Counted from the stretch's first letter, positions 19,090-28,441 are shown. The stretch is 52,924 bases of DNA from Thermoanaerobaculaceae bacterium (GCA_013388425.1 JACADV010000016.1:1-52924); one strand, 5' to 3'. Notes: generated from the letters alone by a model not told the origin. Translations and numbers: made by a program.

Positions 19090-20151
19090 CTAGTTCTTGG
19101 CCCGCTTGGTTTGGGCCCCGAACCTGGCTTCCACCTGGCGGGCCAGGGCGAGGAAGGCGGCAGCGGCCCGCGAGGTGGGCGCTGCGGCCACGATGGGGGT
19201 CCCGGCGTCTCCACCACTGACGATGGCTGGATCGATGGGGATTTCCCCCAGAAACGGCACGCGGAGCTGCTCCGCCGTGCGGCGACCGCCGCCGCGCTTG
19301 AAGATCTCGCTCTCCTTGCCGCAGTGGGGACAGACGAAGCTGGACATGTTCTCCACGATGCCGAACACTGGCACGTTCACCTTCTCGAACATGGCCAGGC
19401 CCTTGCGGGCATCGATGAGGGCCACGTCCTGGGGGGTGGTGACGATGACTGCCCCGTCCAGGGGGAGTTGCTGGGTGATGGTGAGCTGGGCGTCGCCCGT
19501 ACCCGGCGGCAGGTCCACCACCAGGACGTCCAGCTCCCCCCACTCCACATCCTCCAGGAACTGCTGGAGCGCCTTCATGACCATGGGCCCGCGCCAGATT
19601 ACGGGGGTATCCGGATCGATGAGGAAGCCCAGCGACATGACGTGCACGCCGTTCCCGTCCACGGGGAGGATCTTCTCCTCCTCGTTCACCATGGGCCGAT
19701 CGTGGCAGCCCATCATCATCGCCTGCGAGGGACCGTAGATGTCCGCGTCCAACAGACCGACCCGGTAGCCCAGCTGCTTCAAGGCCAAGGCCAAGTTGGC
19801 AGCCACCGTGGACTTGCCCACCCCCCCCTTGCCCGACGCCACCGCCACCTTGAAGCGCACGCCGGGGAGGGGGTTGGGCGGGGCGGGTACCGTGGCCGCG
19901 GGCGGCGTCACCCGCACCTCCAGGTCGACGCTGCCGACCCCCTCCAGCGACTCCAGCACGCGCCGCGCCTCCTTTTCGATGGCCGGCCCCACCTCGGGGT
20001 TGGCACTGGTGAGGGCGATCCGCACGCGCACCGTTCCACCCTCCACCGCCACCTCGCGCACGAAGCCAAAGGAAACGATGTCCCGGGATAGCCCCGGGAA
20101 CTTGACCTGCCGCAACGCCTCTCGCACCTGCTGCTCGTCAATCACGCGCAA
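19090..20151 (-). CDS. mrp: Mrp/NBP35 (ApbC) family iron-sulfur cluster carrier ATPase with an N-terminal DUF59/MIP18 domain
   Basis: Walker A VASGKGGVGKST, CPHCG cluster-ligand motif, DUF59 N-terminus. The ORF opens on TTG 20151; GTG 20145 has better Shine-Dalgarno spacing. Confidence 0.85.
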   Translation of the reverse strand: MRVIDEQQVREALRQVKFPGLSRDIVSFGFVREVAVEGGTVRVRIALTSANPEVGPAIEKEARRVLESLEGVGSVDLEVRVTPPAATVPAPPNPLPGVRFKVAVASGKGGVGKSTVAANLALALKQLGYRVGLLDADIYGPSQAMMMGCHDRPMVNEEEKILPVDGNGVHVMSLGFLIDPDTPVIWRGPMVMKALQQFLEDVEWGELDVLVVDLPPGTGDAQLTITQQLPLDGAVIVTTPQDVALIDARKGLAMFEKVNVPVFGIVENMSSFVCPHCGKESEIFKRGGGRRTAEQLRVPFLGEIPIDPAIVSGGDAGTPIVAAAPTSRAAAAFLALARQVEARFGAQTKRAKN

Positions 20152-20205
20152 CGCTCCTTCCTCGCCGCCACCGGCACACCGCTTTCTTGTCTTGGCCCCG
20201 CGTTT

Positions 20206-20508
20206 TCAGCCGCGCCCAAGCCGTCGGCGCACCTCTTCGCTGGCCATCTCCAGGTTCCAGGGGGGGTCCCAGACGATCTCTACCGTGACGTCCTCCGCCC
20301 CGGTGAGTTGCTTGATGGCAGCGGCCGCATCGTCGCTGATCCGCCGCACCAGTGGACACCCGTGGGTGGTGAGGGTGAGCTGCACCGTCACGGCCCCCTG
20401 GGGACTCACCTCGACACCGTACACCAGGCCCAGGTCGACGATGGAAAAGGGGAGTTCCGGGTCCATGACCGTGGCCAGAGCGCTCCACACCTTCTCTTCA
20501 CTGATCAT
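20206..20508 (-). CDS. DUF59 / MIP18-family (SufT-like) metal-sulfur cluster biosynthesis protein
   Basis: MISEEKVWSALATVMDPELPFSIVDLGLVYGVEV...HGCPL. ATG 20508 has a GGGAG Shine-Dalgarno at 5 nt; ATG 20520 is an alternative. Confidence 0.7.
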   Translation of the reverse strand: MISEEKVWSALATVMDPELPFSIVDLGLVYGVEVSPQGAVTVQLTLTTHGCPLVRRISDDAAAAIKQLTGAEDVTVEIVWDPPWNLEMASEEVRRRLGRG

Positions 20509-21280
20509 TGCCACTCCCATCCGGGGTTTGCGGCCCCTCCCGGTCAACACCTTCCTCCCCGTTCCTACTCCCGCGCAGCACCGCGATGGCGGCCCGGACT
20601 GTCGCCATCAACGCGTCCTTGGCGGTCACCCCCAGCCCCGCGGTGGGGATCGGCTCGCCGAACCGGACGGTGATGGTGCCAGGCCGCAGCAGGTAGGAAA
20701 ACTTGGGCAAGCAGCGGCGGGGACCGTCGAGCCCCACCGGAACGATGGGGAGACCCGACTTGAGGGCGATCAGGAAACCGCCGCGCTGGAACGGCAGGAG
20801 CGTCCCATCGGTGGTGCGCGTTTCCTCGGGGAAGACGAGCACCGAGCGGCCGGCGCGAATCCTCTGGGCCGCCTGCTCGAACGACTTGACCGCCTCGCGC
20901 CGGTTCTTGCGGTCCACGGGGATGAACCCCATGGAAGCGATCGCCCACCCGAAGAACGGGATGGAGAAGAGCGACTTCTTGGCGAGGAAGCGCACCTGCA
21001 CCGGGATGGTCGCCAGCAGGACCGGGATGTCCAGCCACGACTCGTGGTTCGACATGAACACCACGGCCCGATCCCGGGGGACGAGGTTCGCCCCCTCCAC
21101 CCGCAGGCGAACCCCCGCGACCAGCAGGATGATCCGGGCCCACAGGCGCGACCCCCGCAGCGTCCAGTCGCCGCGCGGCGGGATGAACCCGACGAGGGCG
21201 CCGTAGCTACCCAGCACCACCGTATCGAGGATGGTCACCACTGCCGCAACGAAGGTGTGGAGGGCGCGCAGAACCGTCAC
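20498..21280 (-). CDS. plsC: 1-acyl-sn-glycerol-3-phosphate acyltransferase
   Basis: HxxxxD acyltransferase motif VFMSNHESWLDIPVL, plus FPEETRT and PIVPVGL blocks. GTG start. Confidence 0.8.
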   Translation of the reverse strand: MTVLRALHTFVAAVVTILDTVVLGSYGALVGFIPPRGDWTLRGSRLWARIILLVAGVRLRVEGANLVPRDRAVVFMSNHESWLDIPVLLATIPVQVRFLAKKSLFSIPFFGWAIASMGFIPVDRKNRREAVKSFEQAAQRIRAGRSVLVFPEETRTTDGTLLPFQRGGFLIALKSGLPIVPVGLDGPRRCLPKFSYLLRPGTITVRFGEPIPTAGLGVTAKDALMATVRAAIAVLRGSRNGEEGVDREGPQTPDGSGNDQ

Positions 21281-21332
21281 GGCGGGATTGTACTCTGCCC
21301 GTGGATGCTGCCCGCGGCCAGCTTGCTGCCGG

Positions 21333-23213
21333 TCACGACGCCTCGGCCGTGGGCGTTGGCCGCCCCGGGCCCTTGAGCTCGCCCACCGGCACGCCCGTGT
21401 GCTCGGACACCATGGCGTACACCTCGTCCCCCTCCAGCACCTCCCGCTCCAGGAGGGCGGTGGCGATACGGTCCAGCACAGGGCGGTGGGAGGTCAGGAG
21501 TTCCTCGGCGCGGCGGTAGGAGCTTTCCACCAGCAGCTTGATCTCGCTGTCGATCTCCACCGCGGTGGCTTCCGAGTAGTCCTGGTGCCGCGCGAACTCC
21601 TTGCCCAGGAAGATCGCCTCCTCCCGCTTGCCGAAGGTGAGCGGTCCCATGCGCGACATCCCCCACTCGCACACCATCTTGCGCGCCAGCTCCGTGGCCC
21701 GCTCCAGGTCGTTGCCGGCACCGGTGGTGATGTGGTCGGCTCCGAACACGATCTGCTCGGCCAGCCGGCCGGCCATGAGGACCACCAGTTCGTCCACCAG
21801 GTACGACTTGGGGTGGAGGTAGCGGTCCTCCTCCGGCAGCTGCTGGGTCAGACCGAGGGCGAGGCCGCGGGGGATGATCGTCACCTTGTGGAGGGGGTCG
21901 GCGTTGGGTAGGAGCGCGGCCACCAGGGCGTGCCCGGCCTCGTGGTAGGCCACGATTCGCTTCTCCTCTTCGGAGAGGGCCAGGGAGCGGCGCTCGGCGC
22001 CCATCATCACCTTGTCCTTGGCGTACTCGAAATCCTCCATCGTCACGGCGGGCTTCTCGTAGCGGGCCGCCCGCAGCGCGGCCTCGTTCACGAGGTTGGC
22101 GAGATCGGCCCCGGAAAAGCCAGGTGTGGAGCGGGCCAGAACCGACAGGTCCACGTTCTCGGCCAACTTGATCTTGGCTGTGTGGACGGCGAGGATCTCC
22201 GCGCGCCCGTTGAGGTCGGGTCGATTCACGACGATCCGCCGATCGAAGCGGCCCGGCCGCAGCAGGGCAGGATCCAGTACGTCGGGCCGGTTGGTGGCGG
22301 CGATCAGGATCACCCCCTCGTTGGACTCGAACCCGTCCATCTCCACGAGGAGCGCGTTCAAGGTCTGCTCCCGCTCGTCGTGGCCCCCACCCAGCCCCGC
22401 GCCCCGGTGCCGGCCCACGGCATCGATCTCGTCAATGAAGATGATGCAGGGGGCGCTCTTCTTGCCCTGCTCGAACAGGTCGCGCACGCGCGACGCGCCA
22501 ACGCCCACGAACATCTCCACAAAGTCCGAGCCCGAGATGGAGAAGAAGGGCACCTCCGCCTCGCCCGCCACCGCCCGTGCCAGTAGCGTCTTGCCGGTTC
22601 CTGGCGGACCCATGAGCAGCACTCCCTTGGGGATCTTGCCACCCAGCTTGGCGAACTTCTGCGGGTCGCGGAGAAACTCGATGATCTCCTGCAACTCTTC
22701 CTTGGCTTCCTCCACCCCCGCCACGTCCTTGAAGGTGACCCGCTTCTGGTTTGCCGCCAAGAGCTTGGCGCGCGACTTGCCAAAGGCCAGGGCCTTGTTG
22801 CCGCCCGCCTGCATCTGCCTCCAGAACAGGTACCACATGGCCACCAGCAACACGAAGGGGAGGGCGGAGACGAGCAGGGTCCAGATGGAGCCCTGGGACG
22901 GTTCCTCGGCCTTGATGCTCACCCGGTGCTCGCGCAGCAGGTCCACGAGCCTCTCGTAGCCGGGCGAGTAGGTGACGAAGTCGTACGGCTTGCCACCGAA
23001 CGGTTTCGGGGGGGGCGCGGCGGTGGAGCGGATGAACAGGTCGTTGCCGCGGATCAGCACCTCTGCCACTTCGCCGTTTTCCACCTTGGTCAGAAACTCG
23101 GAAAAAGTGAGCTCCTGAAGGGCGGCACGGGTGGTGGTGACCCAGTTCCAGAGCAGGATCACCGACACGACGATGACCACGAAGAGAAGTGCATTCCTGA
23201 CGTTCTGGTTCAC
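21333..23213 (-). CDS. ftsH: ATP-dependent zinc metalloprotease FtsH
   Basis: N-terminal TM, AAA+ Walker [12 protein letters not shown] region, HEAGH zinc site. Confidence 0.95.
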   Translation of the reverse strand: MNQNVRNALLFVVIVVSVILLWNWVTTTRAALQELTFSEFLTKVENGEVAEVLIRGNDLFIRSTAAPPPKPFGGKPYDFVTYSPGYERLVDLLREHRVSIKAEEPSQGSIWTLLVSALPFVLLVAMWYLFWRQMQAGGNKALAFGKSRAKLLAANQKRVTFKDVAGVEEAKEELQEIIEFLRDPQKFAKLGGKIPKGVLLMGPPGTGKTLLARAVAGEAEVPFFSISGSDFVEMFVGVGASRVRDLFEQGKKSAPCIIFIDEIDAVGRHRGAGLGGGHDEREQTLNALLVEMDGFESNEGVILIAATNRPDVLDPALLRPGRFDRRIVVNRPDLNGRAEILAVHTAKIKLAENVDLSVLARSTPGFSGADLANLVNEAALRAARYEKPAVTMEDFEYAKDKVMMGAERRSLALSEEEKRIVAYHEAGHALVAALLPNADPLHKVTIIPRGLALGLTQQLPEEDRYLHPKSYLVDELVVLMAGRLAEQIVFGADHITTGAGNDLERATELARKMVCEWGMSRMGPLTFGKREEAIFLGKEFARHQDYSEATAVEIDSEIKLLVESSYRRAEELLTSHRPVLDRIATALLEREVLEGDEVYAMVSEHTGVPVGELKGPGRPTPTAEAS

Positions 23214-23255
23214 GGCCTCTCCAGCAGGGGCCGCCCACTTGCCGGCGCCCCGGTC

Positions 23256-23774
23256 TCAGACCTCGTCAAGCAGGCAAATGTCGGGAAGATTCCCCCATCG
23301 CCCCTGGTACTCCATCCCGTACCCGACCAGGCGGCCCGCGGGCGTGTCGCTGAACAGGACGTACTTCGGCGCCAGCGCCACCCGCCGGAGCACCGGCTTG
23401 TCCACAACGGCCGCCACCTCGAGACTCGCCGGACGCTGCTGCGCCAGGTGGGTGAGGAGGTAGTTCTCGGTCACCCCGGAGTGGCAGATGTCCTTGAGGA
23501 TGATGGCGTGGGCGCCCTCGAGATGGACGTTGGTGGCGTAGACGAGCTCGATGACCTCGCCGCGCGGCGCCCCCTCCCGGCTCACGTTGACCAGCTCGAA
23601 GCGCACCTCGCCGTCGATGGCCCGCAGCAGGTCGGAAAGGAACACGGCGGCGCCTTTGAGGATCCCCACGAGGACCACCTCGCGGCCCGCGTAATCCTGG
23701 GAAATTTGCCGGCCGATGCTGGCGATGCGAGCCGCGATGGTGTCGCGAGTGATTATCGGTCGAGGCCCTGCCAT
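23256..23774 (-). CDS. hpt: Hypoxanthine-guanine phosphoribosyltransferase
   Basis: PRTase fold with VVLVGILKGAAVF and the PRPP loop LKDICHSGVTENYL (canonical DIxDTG region not intact). First ATG (track 23774) is preceded by GGAGGAACC. Overlaps the tilS stop. Confidence 0.85.
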   Translation of the reverse strand: MAGPRPIITRDTIAARIASIGRQISQDYAGREVVLVGILKGAAVFLSDLLRAIDGEVRFELVNVSREGAPRGEVIELVYATNVHLEGAHAIILKDICHSGVTENYLLTHLAQQRPASLEVAAVVDKPVLRRVALAPKYVLFSDTPAGRLVGYGMEYQGRWGNLPDICLLDEV

Positions 23775-25078
23775 GGTTCCTCCAGCTCCGCCACCACCCC
23801 CCCTGGACCACCCTCCCACCCCGGCGCCACACCCACTCCCGGAGCCCAGATCATCGTACCATCCGCTGCCAGCACCGGCCAGCCGCGCCGCCACGCGGCT
23901 GGCACACCGGCACGCGCCAACGCCGCCGAAAGGGACGTCCTGGTCGTGGGCAGCCGCTCGCCCGGAGCTCGCGAGCGCCAGGCCAAGGAGCTCCCCTCGC
24001 AGCGCCGGGACAGGAAAACCCGCCACCCTGCCCGCTCCGGTCGCGACACCCCCAGCCGCGCCTGGAACCCGCCGGGGAGCGTCACCTGGCTAGGGGGAAC
24101 CACGGCCACCGGGGCAAAGGGGGCGAGGGGTGGCGGGGACAGTTCGAGTACCTCCCCGCGGCGGCGGATCACCCACCGTCGGCCCAGGTCCACAGCAGCC
24201 GGCTGTCCCCCCGCCAGCAGCTGGAGGAACTGGTCCAGCTGGCGGCGGGAGGGGGGCTCGCCGAGCGGCAGCCGCGCCGCCACCGCCAGGAGCCAACGCC
24301 GCTGCAGGGCCGGTGGCAGCGAGCGCACGCCCTCCAGCGGCACGCCCCCCCGCAGGGTGGGGAAGGTTCCGTGCTGGGCCAGAAGTGCTGCGAGCACTTC
24401 CTCGTCCTCCGCCAGCATCTCCGCCAGGGCGGCCAGGTGCTCCACCGCTGCCGGCCAGTGGCGGCAGAGGGCAGGGAGCACCTCCTGCCTCACGAGCACG
24501 CGGGGGCGGCGATCCTGCGTGTTGCTGACGTCCTCTCGCCACCCTTGCGCGAGCGTGGCCAGCCACTGCCGCAGCTCCTCCCGACGGAAATCCAGGAGGG
24601 GGCGGACCACCGCGCCAACTCGCCGCCGCACCCCGGCCACACCCCTGGGCCCGGCGCCGCGCAGCACTTTCAAGAGCACCGTCTCGGCCTGATCGTCCCG
24701 GGTGTGGGCGGTGGCCACGGCAACCCCGCCGCACTCCTGGCGGACCTCTTCCAGGAGCCGGTACCGCTCCTGCCGCCACCACCCCTCCGGCGAGACACCG
24801 CGGGGGGGTCGGGGGTCCAGGTGGCGCAGGGCAAAGGGGACTGCCAAGGAGGTGGCAAGCTGCTCGCAGAAGGAACGGTCCCCCTCCGCCTCCTCGCCCC
24901 GCAGGTGGTGGTGCACGTGGGCCGCCAGGGGTTCCACACCCAGCTCCTGGCGAGTTGTCACCAACAGACGCAGGAGGGCAACCGAGTCGGAGCCGCCCGA
25001 GATGCCCACCACCACCCGTCTCCCCAGGAGGTCGGGGAAGTACCGGCGAAACGCCGCGGCAAAGCGGGTGACGAGCAT
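23753..25078 (-). CDS. tilS: tRNA(Ile)-lysidine synthetase
   Basis: PP-loop ATPase motif VVVGISGGSDSVALL; TilS substrate-binding C-terminal region. ATG 25078 lies 5 nt downstream of tRNA(CAU). Confidence 0.85.
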   Translation of the reverse strand: MLVTRFAAAFRRYFPDLLGRRVVVGISGGSDSVALLRLLVTTRQELGVEPLAAHVHHHLRGEEAEGDRSFCEQLATSLAVPFALRHLDPRPPRGVSPEGWWRQERYRLLEEVRQECGGVAVATAHTRDDQAETVLLKVLRGAGPRGVAGVRRRVGAVVRPLLDFRREELRQWLATLAQGWREDVSNTQDRRPRVLVRQEVLPALCRHWPAAVEHLAALAEMLAEDEEVLAALLAQHGTFPTLRGGVPLEGVRSLPPALQRRWLLAVAARLPLGEPPSRRQLDQFLQLLAGGQPAAVDLGRRWVIRRRGEVLELSPPPLAPFAPVAVVPPSQVTLPGGFQARLGVSRPERAGWRVFLSRRCEGSSLAWRSRAPGERLPTTRTSLSAALARAGVPAAWRRGWPVLAADGTMIWAPGVGVAPGWEGGPGGVVAELEEPWQGLDR

Positions 25079-25083
25079 GGTGG

Positions 25084-25158
25084 TGGTGCCGGCGAGTGGA
25101 ATCGAACCACTGACACGGGGCTTATGAGACCCCTGCTCTACCTCTGAGCTACGCCGGC
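25084..25158 (-). tRNA. tRNA with anticodon CAU: elongator tRNA-Met or tRNA-Ile2 (the lysidine substrate). Not the initiator tRNA.
   Basis: Reverse complement folds as acceptor GCCGGCG/CGCCGGC, D arm GCTC/GAGC, anticodon stem GGGGT/GCCCC with loop CTCATAA, T loop TTCGATT, discriminator A, CCA encoded. The G1-C72 pair and the absence of a 3-GC anticodon-stem signature rule out the initiator tRNA. Confidence 0.85.
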
Positions 25159-25169
25159 ACGTCCGGCCG

Positions 25170-25439
25170 GTGAATTCTAGCCTCCCGCCGGGTCCGGTCA
25201 AGTCGGTTGCAGGGAGCGCTCGGGTTAGAGATACTGGAGGGGTGCCGGAACCGCGAAGCACCGTGTGCGTCCGCTGCGCAGAGGAGAAGCCGGCCTGGTG
25301 GTTGTCGGTGTGCCCGATCTGCGGCAAGACCGTCTGCCACTCCTGTGCCACCTTTGCCTACGGGCGCTACTTCTGCTGCAACGCCTGCGCTGCCTACTTC
25401 TTCCACGGCGATCCGGAGGAAGAGGGGAGCGGGGAGTGA
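25170..25439 (+). CDS. Small Cys-rich (4x CxxC) zinc-ribbon-like hypothetical protein
   Basis: CVRCAEEKPAWWLSVCPICGKTVCHSCATFAYGRYFCCNAC; high third-position GC. The start is uncertain: GTG at 25170, 25242 or 25263. Confidence 0.35.
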   Translation: MNSSLPPGPVKSVAGSARVRDTGGVPEPRSTVCVRCAEEKPAWWLSVCPICGKTVCHSCATFAYGRYFCCNACAAYFFHGDPEEEGSGE

Positions 25440-25490
25440 GGGTGGGAGCCCGTGAGCCAGGAGTGCACCAGGTGAGGGGGGAGTCGGAAC

Positions 25491-26747
25491 GTGCCGCTGC
25501 GAGGGGATGATCTGCTTGCCCTGGCGCAACGGGTTGCCCCCCTGGCGTCGCTGCGCGGCGTCAACGGCTTCCTCCTGTCGAAGGCGCAGGGGTGCCGGGT
25601 TTTCGATGCCGAGAACGTGGCGTACCTCGATTTTGTCGGCGGTGGCGGCGCAAACTTGCTCGGGTACGCCAACCAGTACGTGCTGGACGCCATCCGCCGC
25701 GCCGCCACCACCACCCTGGCGGCGGGCTACTCGGTTGTGGCGGAAGTGGAGCTCGCGGCCCTCCTGGAAGAGCTCCTCCCCCACCTCTGCCCCTGGGCCT
25801 TGACGGGCTCGGAGGTGGAGGCGTGGGAGCTGGCACTGCGCTGGTGCCGGCGCAGCACGGGGCGCAACCGCATCGTGGTTTTCGACGGCAATCGGCGGGG
25901 CGCCGTCGAAGCGTTCCAGGTGGCTCCCCTGGGACCGCTGGGGATCTCCCAGCCCCTCCTGGCCGGGATTCCGCCCGACGTCTCGCGCTTCGCGCGCGTC
26001 GTCCCATGGGGGGATGTGGGGGCGTTGCGGACCGTGCTGGACGAGGTGGGGGTGGATGTGGCCGCCATCGTGCTGGATCCCCTGGCCAGCCAGTTCGGGG
26101 TCGTCCCCCCCGACCGGCAGTACCTCGCCGACGTGGAACAGGCAGCCCGGCAGGTGGGGGCGTTCCTCGTCCTGGACGAAACGCTGACCGGCTTCCGCCT
26201 GGGTCGGGGCGGAGCGGCGGAGCTCTTGGGTCTCGCGCCGGACGTTTCCGTGTTCGGTTCGGTGCTGAGCGGTGGGGTGGCTCAGCTCGGGGCGGTGGCC
26301 TGGCGTCGCGAGCTGGAGGCGCTCCCCGGGGACGACATCAGCACGCCGCCGTCCCCCATTGCCATCCACGCGGCGGCAGCGACCCTCTCGGTGCTGCGCA
26401 ACGACGCCGTGTACAAGCGGCTGGAGGAACGCGGTGCCCAGCTCCAGTCCGGCGTGGAAGCGCTGGCGGAAAAGTTCGAGCGCCCCCTGCGGGTGGCGCG
26501 GGTCGGTTCCATCTTCTCGTGCGCCTTCGCCCGCCAGGCCGTGGTGGACGGCCGCTCCCACGCCCGCGCCGACCACGAGAGCTGGCAGCGCTTCCACCAT
26601 CTGGCCCGCGAGAACGGGCTCCTCCTCCCGGCTCGCTCGTCCGCGCCCGCCTTCATCTCCCATGCCCACGGCGTCAAGGACATCGAGCAGGCCCTCACCG
26701 CCATGGAGGCGGCGCTGCGCCGCATGCAGAAGGAGGAGGAAGGTTAG
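25491..26747 (+). CDS. Class-III aminotransferase fold protein, glutamate-1-semialdehyde aminomutase (HemL)-like, lacking the PLP-binding lysine
   Basis: GTG start behind GAGGGGGGAG. HemL-like blocks are present: LTGSEVEAWELALRWCRRSTGRNRIVVF and VLDETLTGFRLGRGGAAELLGLAPDVS. The Schiff-base Lys position reads FGSVLSGG where HemL has LGKIIGGG. The GCYHG block is replaced by DGNRRG. Confidence 0.75.
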   Translation: MPLRGDDLLALAQRVAPLASLRGVNGFLLSKAQGCRVFDAENVAYLDFVGGGGANLLGYANQYVLDAIRRAATTTLAAGYSVVAEVELAALLEELLPHLCPWALTGSEVEAWELALRWCRRSTGRNRIVVFDGNRRGAVEAFQVAPLGPLGISQPLLAGIPPDVSRFARVVPWGDVGALRTVLDEVGVDVAAIVLDPLASQFGVVPPDRQYLADVEQAARQVGAFLVLDETLTGFRLGRGGAAELLGLAPDVSVFGSVLSGGVAQLGAVAWRRELEALPGDDISTPPSPIAIHAAAATLSVLRNDAVYKRLEERGAQLQSGVEALAEKFERPLRVARVGSIFSCAFARQAVVDGRSHARADHESWQRFHHLARENGLLLPARSSAPAFISHAHGVKDIEQALTAMEAALRRMQKEEEG

Positions 26748-26768
26748 CCGGTCGCCCGCCGCCGGCTG

Positions 26769-28441
26769 TCACTGCAGGTAGCCGAGGTTCCGCAGCACGT
26801 CGCGTTGCACCTGCTGGCTGCGCGCCGAGGGGGCGGCGAGGGGGGGAGGTGGCGGGCCGTAGGCTTGCACCACACCCGTTGCCCCCGCCACCCGCGACAG
26901 GTCGCGACGGGGGGGCGGCAACCCCAGGGGCCAGGGCAGCCCCATCTGGTCCAGCACCGTGCTGGCCAGTTCCTCGGCAGCCAGCGGTTCCCACCGCCCG
27001 GGGGGAGCCGCCGAGGAGGCTACGAACGCGGTGCCGCCGTGCCAGGGCGCACCCACCAGCCACACGCTGTACCCCCGCGAGCGCAGCTCGGCCACCACCG
27101 TGTCCAGGGCCGACAGGTGCGGCAGTTGCCGTTGCACGAGGGCAAACGGTGTGGCGGCAGCGGCGCTGCGGCGCTCGATGTCGAGGGCGGGGAGAGAGAG
27201 TGCCAGCAGGTGCGCCCCCTCCGCCCCCCCTGCCGTCTCCACCAGGCGCACCGCCAACGCGTCGCTGGCCGCCGCTGCGTTGGCCGGCCCTCCCCTCCAA
27301 GTAGCTTCCACCAGCGCCGCGAGTCCAGGCGTCACGGCGTCAGGGCTGCAGTCCCCGCCCAGCCACGCCCGCTCGCTGGCAATCTCTCCCACCACCCGGC
27401 GCACCGGCCAGCTCCCCCACCACCCACCCACCGTCACCGTGGCGCCGGCGCGGGAGGCCATCTCCCACACCGTGGCGCGGCGGCGCACCGTGGCGGGCCG
27501 GGCGAGGACGCGCGCCCCTCCCAACCACTGGAGGGGGGTCGCTACCGCCAGCTGGCCGACCCGTGACAGCGGCATGCCTTCCTCCATCCCGAACAGCCGC
27601 ACCTCCTCCAGCACGGTAATGCCGTGGATCGAGGGGGGCACGCCGCACGCCACCGTGGTCCAGAACACCACGGGCAGCTGGGGGCGTGGCGGCGCCACCT
27701 CCGCCCACCCCCACAGCGTGAGGTCGCGCAGGGCGTCGCCGCCAACGAGGTCCACGGCCGCCTCGAGCTCCTCGCGGGCCAACCCGTCACGGCAACGATG
27801 GCAACCCGCCCCTGCGGCGGTGGGAAGGCCACCCCTTGCGCCGCCTGGGGCTCGTCCGAGCGGTGCGCCAGGGCGAGGACCGCCACCACCCCGCCCACCA
27901 CCACCACCGGGAAGATGGCCCCGGCAACGCTGCGCGGGGCCGGGGGCGGCGCTGGGAAGGCCAGCAACCCCAAGAGATGCCGTCGCATCCAGGCCGTGGC
28001 AGCCAGGGCTGCCAGCACCCCGCCCACCACCGCGGGGAGCGTTGCCACACCGGTGACAAGGGGCTTCCCCATGGCCGCCAGGACGGCCACGAGACTGGCA
28101 CCGACCAGCACCCCCACGGTCGAGGCGATGCTTCCGGGTTCCCCCCCCAAGCGCAGCGCCGTGGCCGCAAGCCAGCGGCACACCCCGTACCCCCCCGCCA
28201 CGGCCACGAGGGCAGCCGGCAGGAAGCCAGCGGCCAAGGGGGGCAACATGCCCATGCGCTGTCCGGAAAAGCCCACCTCGGCCGCCGCCAAGAGGAGGGC
28301 GAGGACAGCAGCAAAGAGGGCGAGCCGAGCGGCCGTGGCGCGCGCCCCCGGCGGGCGCGGCGTCGGACCGGCCAGGTAGCCGCGCCCCGCCAGCTCGCGC
28401 CGAGCCCGCTCCAGATGGTCAGGCGGTGCGGTGGCGGACAT
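26769..28441 (-). pseudogene. Membrane-anchored alkaline-phosphatase-superfamily (type I phosphodiesterase/NPP, PF01663-like) protein split into two frames by a 1-nt frame change
   Basis: Track ORF 27542..28618 (real start ATG 28441) encodes 6-7 TM helices and the first core strand GRVAIVAVTGW. Track ORF 26769..28181, shifted by one nucleotide, continues with REELEAAVDLV...VVFWTTVACGVPPSIHGI..., the NPP core. Third-position GC stays high across the junction at 27770-27785, which sits on a ggg/cc run. Confidence 0.6.

Noticed and set aside
23150-24725. In the sequence as printed, ftsH and tilS each appear to carry a 1-nt frame discrepancy (an extra c near 23160 and a missing c near 24720, both at line ends) relative to the supplied ORF track
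   Set aside because: The ORF track reads both genes through without interruption, and the two discrepancies cancel exactly. I treat this as a transcription or display artefact, not biology. Coordinates in this interval are given in the track's coordinate system. If the printed bases are literal, this deserves a second look.
25084-25158. Calling the CAU tRNA the initiator tRNA-fMet
   Set aside because: G1-C72 is paired and the anticodon stem ends in a U-G pair rather than three consecutive G-C pairs, so initiator identity elements are absent.
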